Assembly (NCBI GenBank): GCA_963676835.2
Contig: CAXXFF010000001.1
Coordinates: forward strand, 448,001 to 512,000
Direction of reading: 5' to 3'
Source of the DNA: Marispirochaeta sp.
GTDB taxonomy: Bacteria > Spirochaetota > Spirochaetia > JC444 > Marispirochaetaceae
Length of the DNA: 64,000 nucleotides
Numbering within the stretch: position 1 is the first letter of the stretch; each line of letters starts with the position of its first letter. Made by a program: the position numbers and the translations under genes. Positions 28,629-37,035 of this stretch are shown here, one piece after another. The notes beneath the pieces were generated by a model. The model saw only the letters and a list, made by a program, of their open reading frames with translations, searched no databases and had not been told where the DNA came from.

Positions 28629-29279
28629 TCAGTCGTTCTGCTGTTTCTTTCTTCGGGTATTAACGAAGCGGTGAAAGTCGTTGATGTTTTTTACAATTAT
28701 GCGGTCGTTCATAATATCAACCCGCCGCTGGGCAACAAAATGGTTCAGAATCTGGCGAACCTTCTCCGGTCCCATCCCCGCCCAGTGGGCAATATCATCG
28801 ACACTGCTCATAAAGGTTCTCTCATCGGTTTCCGCATCCTGCCGGGGCTGGGTTTCCGCCAGCATGAGAAACACATCCGCAACCTTTGCCTGTTCATCAT
28901 CCAGGGTAAGGATCATAAAGCGGCGCTTCTGATCATATACACGCTTGGTAAACAGCTTAAGCAGCTTCAGGGCAATCTGGGGATTTCCCTGCATCAGCAC
29001 TTCGAAGTTCTCCTGGTTAAACTCCAACAGCTTGCAGTCGTCCAGGGCTATAGCTGTTGCCGAACGGGGTGAATCCTCCAGAATAGCCATTTCACCGAAG
29101 ATCTCTCCCGGATGCAGAATATCCAGGTTCTTTTCCAGATCTTCCATTATTTTGACTATCTGAACCCTTCCGGACTGGATAAGGTAAAAGGTATCTCCCG
29201 GTTCATGTTCACAGAAGATTATTTCGTCTTTATCAAAGGTAACCGCAAAGCGGTTGAACATGGACATGTCCAGAGCCAT
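28629..29279 (-). CDS. Crp/Fnr-family cNMP-binding regulator
   Basis: FGEMAIL...PRSATA cNMP motif and C-terminal HTH-like region. Confidence 0.88.
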   Translation of the reverse strand: MALDMSMFNRFAVTFDKDEIIFCEHEPGDTFYLIQSGRVQIVKIMEDLEKNLDILHPGEIFGEMAILEDSPRSATAIALDDCKLLEFNQENFEVLMQGNPQIALKLLKLFTKRVYDQKRRFMILTLDDEQAKVADVFLMLAETQPRQDAETDERTFMSSVDDIAHWAGMGPEKVRQILNHFVAQRRVDIMNDRIIVKNINDFHRFVNTRRKKQQND

Positions 29280-30268
29280 TATGCATTCCCCTCCAGAGCT
29301 TTCAGCGCCTTGGTGGCCTTGCGGTGAACCTGGTCATCGCTGCTGGTCATGCTGAGTATTTTCTTGTACAGACCCACCGCCTTGGGGGTGGTGCCCTGTC
29401 TTTCATATGAGTTCGCCACATAGAAAAGGGCTTCAGAAAGATCGGGATGTTTTGGATAGCGCTGAATAAGGCCGGTAAAATGGTTTACCGTATCTTCATA
29501 CTTGTTCATGGCGTAATAGCAGCGGCCGATCTCGTAATAGGCCTTGGCCACATACTCATCGTCTCCCGCCTGATTAACCAGCACCTTAAACTCTTTTAAA
29601 GCTTCATCATATTTCTGCTGACTGAAGAGACTGACAGCGTTGTAATAGTCTTTTGCCCCGGCAGTAAGTTCTGCGCCTCGTGCGGCGGGCCTTACTTCGT
29701 TGCGGTTTTCGTTTTTCAGAGGAACATTCCGCTGGCTGTACTGCTCCGCCACGGAAATGTTGGCAGTGGCTTCTTCCGAGTATTTTCCCTGGGGATAATA
29801 CATCAGGTAGCGCTGAAAGGTAGAAAGAGCCTGGCGGTATCTCTTGTTTTTCAGGTAATACTCACCGATCTGAAAAAGTCCCTCTTCCGGATCAGTTTCG
29901 GCATTGCCGGTCTGGAGAAGATTCTGTACCTGCTTGTGTATGCGCCGCAGCTGGTTGGAGAAGACCTTGAGCATCTTCATTATGATTCGGGTATTCTTCA
30001 GAACAACCTGCTCAAACTCAGGGACACTGAAGACAATCATGGTTGAATCGGCCAGCACCATGGCAGTCTCCTCCCTCGGATATTTTCCCAGGGAAGATTT
30101 TACCCCGAAGAACTCACCGGTTTTGATCTGGTCATTAATCTCCTGTCCGGTTTCTATATCGTTGTACCGGAGATTAACCCGTCCTGTTTTGAGAATATAA
30201 ATTTTTTCACTTGCATCGCCCCGGAAGTAAACAACCGAGTTGGCCTTGAAACTCATTGACTTCGGCAT
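29279..30268 (-). CDS. cNMP-binding domain plus TPR protein
   Basis: N-terminal cNMP domain (GEFFG...YPREETA) followed by TPR repeats. Confidence 0.85.
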   Translation of the reverse strand: MPKSMSFKANSVVYFRGDASEKIYILKTGRVNLRYNDIETGQEINDQIKTGEFFGVKSSLGKYPREETAMVLADSTMIVFSVPEFEQVVLKNTRIIMKMLKVFSNQLRRIHKQVQNLLQTGNAETDPEEGLFQIGEYYLKNKRYRQALSTFQRYLMYYPQGKYSEEATANISVAEQYSQRNVPLKNENRNEVRPAARGAELTAGAKDYYNAVSLFSQQKYDEALKEFKVLVNQAGDDEYVAKAYYEIGRCYYAMNKYEDTVNHFTGLIQRYPKHPDLSEALFYVANSYERQGTTPKAVGLYKKILSMTSSDDQVHRKATKALKALEGNA

Positions 30269-30421
30269 TGCTGGTACTTCTTACCTCGCTCTGAAAAAGT
30301 GTACCGATAGAGCGAAGGTGCTGTCAATCTCCGCCCGTACTCTTTATACTATCGGAAGATTTCGGGTCAAACGGAAGTAAATAGATGAGAAAAGCCGGAC
30401 TTAACAGCCTCAGGAGACAAA

Positions 30422-31261
30422 ATGATCGATCTGCACCTTCATTCAACCTCATCTGACGGCAGATTCACCCCGGCTGAGCTGGTAGAAAAGGCAGCAGGCG
30501 GCAAAACCACCTGTATAGCCCTTACGGATCATGACACCTTAAGCGGAATCGGGGAGTTTCTGGAAGCCGGCACAGCTGCAGGAATAGTCACTATTCCCGG
30601 AGTCGAACTCTCTGTGGAATTTCCCCGTGGTGAGATGCACCTTCTGGCATATGCCTTCGCCCCTGCTGTACTGGAACAAACCGGGATTCTGCAGCGCATC
30701 CGGGATCTCAGGCATCAGCGCAACCGGCAGATATTCAAGCTGATGCAGGAGAGCGGAATTAAAATAGACTATGACAGCTGGTGTTCGGCCATAGATACCG
30801 CGGTGCCCGGCCGTCCCCATATGGCAGACCTGCTCATAGAAATGAAAATGGCCGGCAGCCGGCGGGAAGCCTTCGAACGTTACCTGTCCGAAGGGCGGCC
30901 CTTTTTTCTTCCCCGTAAAAACCTGAGCTTAAGTGAGTGTCTGTCAGCCATAAAAAAAGCCGGAGGAATCAGCTCCGTTGCCCATCCCCTCTCCCTGCAG
31001 ATTTCCCGGGGAAGCTTAAGCGAGTATATACCCCGCTGGAAGGACGACGGCATCGATGCCATAGAGACCGTTCACCCGACAATCAACCGTGATCAGAGCC
31101 GCAGACTCACTGCAGAAGCGGAAGCGGCGGGACTGCTCTGCAGCGGCGGATCCGATTTCCACGGCATGCCCGGAGACAAGCGTTTCTTCGGAAAAACCTC
31201 CTGGGGAAGCCCCATCCCCTCAGACCTGACCATTATGAGCAGGATTTTACCACCGACCTGA
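30422..31261 (+). CDS. PHP-domain metallophosphoesterase (TrpH/YciV-like)
   Basis: DLHLHS..SDG, TDHD, GRPH, AHP, GGSDFHG. Confidence 0.92.
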   Translation: MIDLHLHSTSSDGRFTPAELVEKAAGGKTTCIALTDHDTLSGIGEFLEAGTAAGIVTIPGVELSVEFPRGEMHLLAYAFAPAVLEQTGILQRIRDLRHQRNRQIFKLMQESGIKIDYDSWCSAIDTAVPGRPHMADLLIEMKMAGSRREAFERYLSEGRPFFLPRKNLSLSECLSAIKKAGGISSVAHPLSLQISRGSLSEYIPRWKDDGIDAIETVHPTINRDQSRRLTAEAEAAGLLCSGGSDFHGMPGDKRFFGKTSWGSPIPSDLTIMSRILPPT

Positions 31262-31309
31262 ATATTCCGCTTGCCCGGTTAGCATACTTTATCCTATGAT
31301 AAACCAACT

Positions 31310-32086
31310 ATGATCAGCAGTCTCGGCCGATGGTTTCTTAACAAAGTAGAAGAGTTTGCATATGGCGCCGGTTTCTTTTTTCTGGTTCTCAAGGAAGCCG
31401 CTCTTTTTATGCGCCGAAAGCAGGTAGGCTTCCGGGTGCTGGTAATGCAGATTCTGTTTACCGGCTTCGAAGCACTGGCTATTACCGGTCTTATTGCCAT
31501 GGCCCTGGGTGCGGTAATCATAATCCAGGGAGTAAGCCTCCTGCCCCAGTTCGGTCAGGGTGAGCTGATCTATACCATTCTGATAACCGTAATAACCAGA
31601 GAGCTTGGTCCGCTTTTAACGGCCTTTATCATTACCGCCCGGTCCGGGACCGCAATAGCAACAGAACTTGGAAACATGGTTATTTCCCATGAAATCGAGG
31701 CCTATGTTTCGGTGGGTATAAATCCCATCAGCTATCTGGTGGTTCCCCGCTTTCTGGGAGTAACCATTTCACTGCTCATTTTAAATATCTATTTCAATAT
31801 TTTCGGCCTTGTAGGGTCCTATTTCCTTACCCAGTTTATAAAACCAATTCAGTTTCTTGAGTATTTCGGCAATCTCCTTGGTCAGATCCGGGCAGCCGAT
31901 ATTGCCTCTTCCTTCGTAAAGAGCCTTGTTTTCGGTGTCATTATCAGTACCGTTGCCACCTATAACGGATTTGCCGTACAGCAGGCATCCACCGAAATCC
32001 CCCAGCGGGTTATCAAAGCAGTCGGCCAGGGATTTATTCTCTGTATTGTGGCGGATGCCCTGATAACCATGATCTATTATCTTTAA
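31310..32086 (+). CDS. mlaE: MlaE-family ABC permease
   Basis: RELGPLLTAFIITARSGTAIATELGNM...EIEA...GINP..YLVVPR. Confidence 0.9.
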   Translation: MISSLGRWFLNKVEEFAYGAGFFFLVLKEAALFMRRKQVGFRVLVMQILFTGFEALAITGLIAMALGAVIIIQGVSLLPQFGQGELIYTILITVITRELGPLLTAFIITARSGTAIATELGNMVISHEIEAYVSVGINPISYLVVPRFLGVTISLLILNIYFNIFGLVGSYFLTQFIKPIQFLEYFGNLLGQIRAADIASSFVKSLVFGVIISTVATYNGFAVQQASTEIPQRVIKAVGQGFILCIVADALITMIYYL

Positions 32087-32121
32087 CAAAGGTAAAAAGG
32101 GAAAGCGAGGAGTAACAGCCG

Positions 32122-32928
32122 GTGGGAAGTATTCTGGAACTGAAAGAGACAAGCGTTATCCGCGGAGGTGTGGAGATTCTGAACCAGGCCTCTGCAGTGT
32201 TCGACGAAGGCTCAGTCACGGTGATTGTAGGTGCTTCGGGCTCCGGAAAAAGCACCCTCCTCAAGGTTGCAGCGGGAATCATGCCGCCGGAAAAAGGCAA
32301 GGTTCTCTACCGGGAAAAGGATCTCTTTTCTTTAGGGGACGAACACAACCGTGAGTTCCGAAAAAACAACGGCTTTGCCTTTCAGGACGGCGCCCTCTGG
32401 TCCAACCGCTCCGTCTATGACAACCTCAGTCTGCCCCTGGAATATCACTTTCCCGGGCTGTCCCGGCCGGAAATAGATACGCGCATTAAAGATGCAATCC
32501 GCAAAGTGGGCTTCAGAGACAACCCCCAGCTGCGTCCCGCCCAGCTCTCCGGCGGAGAGCGCAAGATGATTGGCTTTATCCGGGCACTGATGACAGACCC
32601 GGAGATAGTCTTTATGGATACCCCAACAGACAATGTTGATGCTGCGGTGGCAGGCCGTATACGGGGGATTATCGGAAGCCTGAAAAAGGAAGGCAAAACC
32701 ATGCTCATCAGCACCCACGACAAGGAGCTGATCGCAAAAGTTGCAGACAGGCTCCTGATAATAGAAACCGGTGAAATACTTGCCTACGGCCCCTTGCGTA
32801 GAGTACTCGAAGGGGAAGATGAAAAGATACGGGAAATAATCGGCTCCGTAATCGACACAGAGTCCTTTTTAGGGGATGATCTTGCGGATCTGATGGGGAA
32901 AAGCGAAGAGAATCCATTTGAGTTTTGA
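32122..32928 (+). CDS. mlaF: MlaF-like ABC ATP-binding protein
   Basis: GASGSGKST, LSGGE, STHD; Walker B reads FMDTP. Confidence 0.85.
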   Translation: MGSILELKETSVIRGGVEILNQASAVFDEGSVTVIVGASGSGKSTLLKVAAGIMPPEKGKVLYREKDLFSLGDEHNREFRKNNGFAFQDGALWSNRSVYDNLSLPLEYHFPGLSRPEIDTRIKDAIRKVGFRDNPQLRPAQLSGGERKMIGFIRALMTDPEIVFMDTPTDNVDAAVAGRIRGIIGSLKKEGKTMLISTHDKELIAKVADRLLIIETGEILAYGPLRRVLEGEDEKIREIIGSVIDTESFLGDDLADLMGKSEENPFEF

Positions 32929-32930
32929 AA

Positions 32931-32959
32931 TTGACACACCTCCGGGCTGCAGCTAGAAT
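32931..32959 (+). promoter_or_regulatory. Internal sigma70 promoter upstream of mlaD
   Basis: TTGACA-17 nt-TAGAAT. Confidence 0.6.
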
Positions 32960-33001
32960 GAAAGAGTCCGGAATTGTGTACTGAATAAACGGGAATTGCA
33001 G

Positions 33002-34033
33002 ATGAAATTCAAAATAAAATATGCCGAGCAGATAACCGGTATTTTTGTGCTGGTAGCCATTATCTTTATAACCCTGGTAATGATCCTTATGGGGATCAAC
33101 CAGCGCTGGTTTAAACACGATCCCGCCTTTTACAGTATTTTCGATTCAGCGGAAGGTTTAAAGCTTGGAATGTCCATCAAACTCAAGGGCTTCCAGATAG
33201 GTACGGTAAAGAAAATACAGCTGCTGGATAACAACCGGGTGGAAATTCACTTTTCAATTTATGAGAACTACCATGTAAAAGTCCGCGAAAACTCCATTCT
33301 GCAGCTCTCTTCTAACCCCCTCGGCCTGGGCGGCGGACTTCTGCTCTACCCCGGCAGGTATGCATCGGCCCCTCTGCCGGAAGGCTCCTACATTCCCTCC
33401 ACGGATTTTTCCGAAGGTAAGCAGCTTATCTCAAGCGGACTGGTGGAAATCAACGAAAGCGATGCCATTAGCCTGCTCATGGACGATGTTTCCACCATAC
33501 TGGGCAATACCAATCAGACAATTCTCGATCTCGATGACATTCTCAAAGGGGTCAAGCTGATTATGGCAGGGAATGATCCCGGACCGGTGGGCGGCATTGT
33601 CAACAACGTGGACAGTATTACCGGAGAGCTTTCCGCCGCAATGGGAGAGCTTACGGGACACATCAATGCCACTATGGCGAATATAGAAACCCTCTCGGAA
33701 AAGATCACCGAGCCTGCGGATTTTATGTCCGATTTTGTTGCCTCCGACAGCTCCATAGCCAAAATCCTGAACGACAAGCAGGAACTCTACGGTGAAATTC
33801 TCTCCATTCTGGCGGGTATCAACGATACCATAGCCCAGCTTGAGGAGTTTACCGTCTATATCAACGATACCACTCCCCAGATATCCGGACTGCTTGAAGA
33901 CAGCAGGGAAGCCCTTGATCAGGGCAAGGATGTTCTGGAGGGACTCAAGAACAATCCCCTTCTCCGGGGCGGTATCAGCGATACGAAGGAACAGCCGGCA
34001 ACCTACCAGTCCTACCGGGATAAGGATTTTTAA
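33002..34033 (+). CDS. mlaD: MlaD/MCE-family protein
   Basis: N-terminal TM; FDSAEGL..G..IKLKGFQIGTV MCE motif; helical C-terminal region. Confidence 0.85.
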   Translation: MKFKIKYAEQITGIFVLVAIIFITLVMILMGINQRWFKHDPAFYSIFDSAEGLKLGMSIKLKGFQIGTVKKIQLLDNNRVEIHFSIYENYHVKVRENSILQLSSNPLGLGGGLLLYPGRYASAPLPEGSYIPSTDFSEGKQLISSGLVEINESDAISLLMDDVSTILGNTNQTILDLDDILKGVKLIMAGNDPGPVGGIVNNVDSITGELSAAMGELTGHINATMANIETLSEKITEPADFMSDFVASDSSIAKILNDKQELYGEILSILAGINDTIAQLEEFTVYINDTTPQISGLLEDSREALDQGKDVLEGLKNNPLLRGGISDTKEQPATYQSYRDKDF

Positions 34034-34980
34034 TGAAGATTATATCCGGAAAATACATACTTCTTATAACTGCGGCTTCCCTCTTCTCTGTTTTAGTCGG
34101 CTGCTCTTCAGCTCCCGAAACTCCGGACCACGTTACCGATACCCGCAACAGGGCAGCGGAATACGCGGATTTCGGCAACCGCTACCTCGACAGGGGACAG
34201 TATGATCAGGCAATGAAATTCTTCAACCTGGCCCTGGAAGACAATATCGCCATCGATAACGAGGAGGGAATTGTTCTCTCCCGTAATTCCATCGGCGAGA
34301 CCTACCTTATGACCGGCAGGCTGGATCAGGCGGAATCATACTTTGACTCAGCCATGGAACTCTCCCTGCGGATTGAACGGAAGGACCTGGAACTTCGCAC
34401 CCTTAACAACCTCGGCAAGCTTGCGCTCAACCGGGGCGACAATGACATTGCCCTGGCGGTATTTGCCGATGCCCGGGAGATTATCGACACGGAGAAGAAT
34501 GCACCTTCGGAAGTTGTGGCGGATATCTACCACAGCATCGGTGCTCTGTATAAGATTCTGGGAGATTACGATAAATCCAGAGAAAACCTTCAGGAGAGCC
34601 TTAGGCGCAACAAGGATCTCAAACGCCAGGAGGAGATGGCATCCACCTACTACATGCTCTCCTCGGTCTATTCCAAGCTTGAGGATTATGGCCAGGCAGA
34701 GAACTACATGCAGAATGCCCTGGATCTGGACAAGAAGATCGAAAACAGCCATGGCATAGCCGACGACTATTTCGGCCTGGGACTGATTACCCGAAAAGCC
34801 GGAAAAAGCGATGAGTCTTACACCTATTTCCGTACCGCCCTGGAAAAATACATAATTCTGAATAAACTTCAGGACACCCTGGAGACCTTAAAAATACTTC
34901 AGGACCTTGCCCTGGAACTGGGCAGACAGGAAGATTTTGCCGGCTACTCGGATACTATTGAGCTGCTGAATAAACAGTAA
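34033..34980 (+). CDS. TPR lipoprotein
   Basis: Lipobox LVGC; multiple TPR repeats. Confidence 0.85.
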   Translation: MKIISGKYILLITAASLFSVLVGCSSAPETPDHVTDTRNRAAEYADFGNRYLDRGQYDQAMKFFNLALEDNIAIDNEEGIVLSRNSIGETYLMTGRLDQAESYFDSAMELSLRIERKDLELRTLNNLGKLALNRGDNDIALAVFADAREIIDTEKNAPSEVVADIYHSIGALYKILGDYDKSRENLQESLRRNKDLKRQEEMASTYYMLSSVYSKLEDYGQAENYMQNALDLDKKIENSHGIADDYFGLGLITRKAGKSDESYTYFRTALEKYIILNKLQDTLETLKILQDLALELGRQEDFAGYSDTIELLNKQ

Positions 34981-34992
34981 CTGAAACAGGAA

Positions 34993-35868
34993 ATGAGAAG
35001 CATTGCCCTCATTCTTATCATACTTTCCGCCCATTCGCTGCTGCAGGCCCTGCCGGAATACCCCCGCATAGAGCAACTAAACTTCCGGGATCCCCTTTAC
35101 CGGCAGCTGGAGGATTTTGTTTCAGATTTTCATAAATCCTCCGCCCGGGGCGAGACTCTGCCGAATCTGCTCTTTTTTCGCCATACCCTGACAGAAGAAA
35201 CGGATCTTTTTTCCCTGGCAAGCCGCTGCGGCCTTACCTATGACTCCCTTGCAACCCTGAATGGATACACCCGGAATACGCCGGTAAAAGCCGGTACCGA
35301 ACTGCTGATCCCCAGTGTTCCGGGAATCTTTACTCCCATAAGGGCACGGAACGACCTGGACCGCTTTATTGCGGCATCACCACGAAGCGGAGGCCAATCC
35401 TGCACCCCCTTCGGGGATGGGGAATACCTTTATTACCCCGGAGAGCGCTTCAACAGCGTGGAGAGGGCCTTTTTTCTGGGGGTATTCCTGGGATTTCCCC
35501 TGCGTGACGGGGTAGTAAGTTCCCCCTACGGTGTACGTACCGACCCTTTTACGGGGCACAAGGCCTTCCACCACGGAGTGGATCTGGCGGCACCGCTGGG
35601 TTCGGAAGTTCTTGCAGCCCGGGCGGGGACCGTCGTTTTTTCTGGAAACGATGCAGTCTACGGCAACTATCTTATCATTTCCCACGAAAACGGGTATCGT
35701 ACACTCTACGGGCACCTAAAAAACGCGCTGGTGAGATTGAATCAGCATGTGGTATTGGGTATGATTATAGGAGAAGTGGGCGTAACCGGACAGACTACCG
35801 GGCCGCACCTGCATTTTGAAGTCTTGAAGGATGGAGTTACCAGAGATCCGTCTGAATATATCCATTAA
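34993..35868 (+). CDS. LysM-like plus M23 metallopeptidase
   Basis: HHGVD, YGHL, TGPHLHFE. Confidence 0.9.
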   Translation: MRSIALILIILSAHSLLQALPEYPRIEQLNFRDPLYRQLEDFVSDFHKSSARGETLPNLLFFRHTLTEETDLFSLASRCGLTYDSLATLNGYTRNTPVKAGTELLIPSVPGIFTPIRARNDLDRFIAASPRSGGQSCTPFGDGEYLYYPGERFNSVERAFFLGVFLGFPLRDGVVSSPYGVRTDPFTGHKAFHHGVDLAAPLGSEVLAARAGTVVFSGNDAVYGNYLIISHENGYRTLYGHLKNALVRLNQHVVLGMIIGEVGVTGQTTGPHLHFEVLKDGVTRDPSEYIH

Positions 35869-35877
35869 GGACATTGG

Positions 35878-36846
35878 ATGAAATCGTTTTTCCGGACAGC
35901 TCTGCTGCTCCTGGCGATGGCTGCGGCCGCGCCGGTCCTTTCAGCTGACGCCATCAGGGGGTCAGTGGTGGATATTCTGCAGGTACGCCCAAACGATCAG
36001 GCTGCCGGCAGCTGCCGTCTCGAAGAACTTCTGGCGGTGGATCTTCCGGAAGGGGCCTCATTCTTTAAAGGTATTGAGATCGAGATAACCATCCCGCAGG
36101 AGCTGATGCGCTTCCGGAACAGCTTTGCGGTCTATCTGTATAAATCAGCATCACCGGAACCGGTGGAAGAGCAGATTAAGCGCTATACCGCGGAATCAAT
36201 CGGATACTACATTATTCCCAACACCCGCAAAATGTATATGCAGATTCCTCTCAGGGCCAATGCCGATCTTCCAAGATCTCCGGAAACAATCCTGGTAAAA
36301 AACCTTGATGAAAACAGCGATTTTCCCCTGCTGCTCACAATCCTGCCCATTATGAAGGGTATTCCTTCGGATATAAGCAGGGCTGATTTTGCGGTTAAAG
36401 CATATCCTTATATGGCGGATGAAGGTATCCTGCAGCTTGATCTGGATACCCCCGGCAACGAGGCCTATTCCGTACTGGTGGACAAGCAGCCTCTCGCCTA
36501 CAGAAACGGAGGATATCTGCTCTCTGCCGGAGCCCATGAGGTTGAAATACGTTCAGAAGCCTATCTTCCCGTAACCCGCACCGTATCGATTGGAGCCGGA
36601 AAAACAACCAGACTCGAAATAGTTCTGGAAAAGAAAGAGCCAAGCCTCAATTTTGAAGTTCCCGACGGAACCATCATTTTTCTTGACGGAAATCAGGTGA
36701 GCGGTACATCATTAAAGACGACAGAGGGACATCATACTGTGGTATTTAAACTTGGCGATTATTCAATGACCCGTGAGTTTGAAGTCATCGGAGGAAAGCG
36801 ATATACGGTTACCCTCTTTTTTGATGTTTTTGTTAAGGAAAACTAA
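35878..36846 (+). CDS. Exported protein with C-terminal PEGA-like domains
   Basis: Signal peptide; LSAGAHEVEI and TEGHHTV repeats. Confidence 0.7.
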   Translation: MKSFFRTALLLLAMAAAAPVLSADAIRGSVVDILQVRPNDQAAGSCRLEELLAVDLPEGASFFKGIEIEITIPQELMRFRNSFAVYLYKSASPEPVEEQIKRYTAESIGYYIIPNTRKMYMQIPLRANADLPRSPETILVKNLDENSDFPLLLTILPIMKGIPSDISRADFAVKAYPYMADEGILQLDLDTPGNEAYSVLVDKQPLAYRNGGYLLSAGAHEVEIRSEAYLPVTRTVSIGAGKTTRLEIVLEKKEPSLNFEVPDGTIIFLDGNQVSGTSLKTTEGHHTVVFKLGDYSMTREFEVIGGKRYTVTLFFDVFVKEN

Positions 36847-36874
36847 TCTTTTCCTGAAATTAGTCGATATAAAA

Positions 36875-36965
36875 GGTGTCGGATACATATAGTTCCCCTC
36901 CCAGTTTACTATATTATTCGGCGACCTACCAACCTGGCCGATTCTTCGGAATCGGCCTTTTTTTT
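36875..36965 (+). ncRNA. Candidate small RNA (hairpin with C-rich loop plus terminator)
   Basis: sigma28-like TAAT-N15-GTCGATAT at 36844-36870; long stem 36875-36926; terminator 36936-36965. Confidence 0.5.
36936..36965 (+). terminator. Intrinsic terminator
   Basis: GGCCGATTC-TTCG-GAATCGGCC followed by T8. Confidence 0.9.
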
Positions 36966-37001
36966 CGTCCCCACAAGATCAATTCTCTTCCCTGATCTCT
37001 C

Positions 37002-37030
37002 TTGACAAAAGCCATACGCCCTCCTACTGT
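37002..37030 (+). promoter_or_regulatory. sigma70 promoter of PBP1A, probably leaderless
   Basis: TTGACA-17 nt-TACTGT ending 5 nt before the ATG at 37036; no SD. Confidence 0.6.
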
Positions 37031-37035
37031 AGCCT

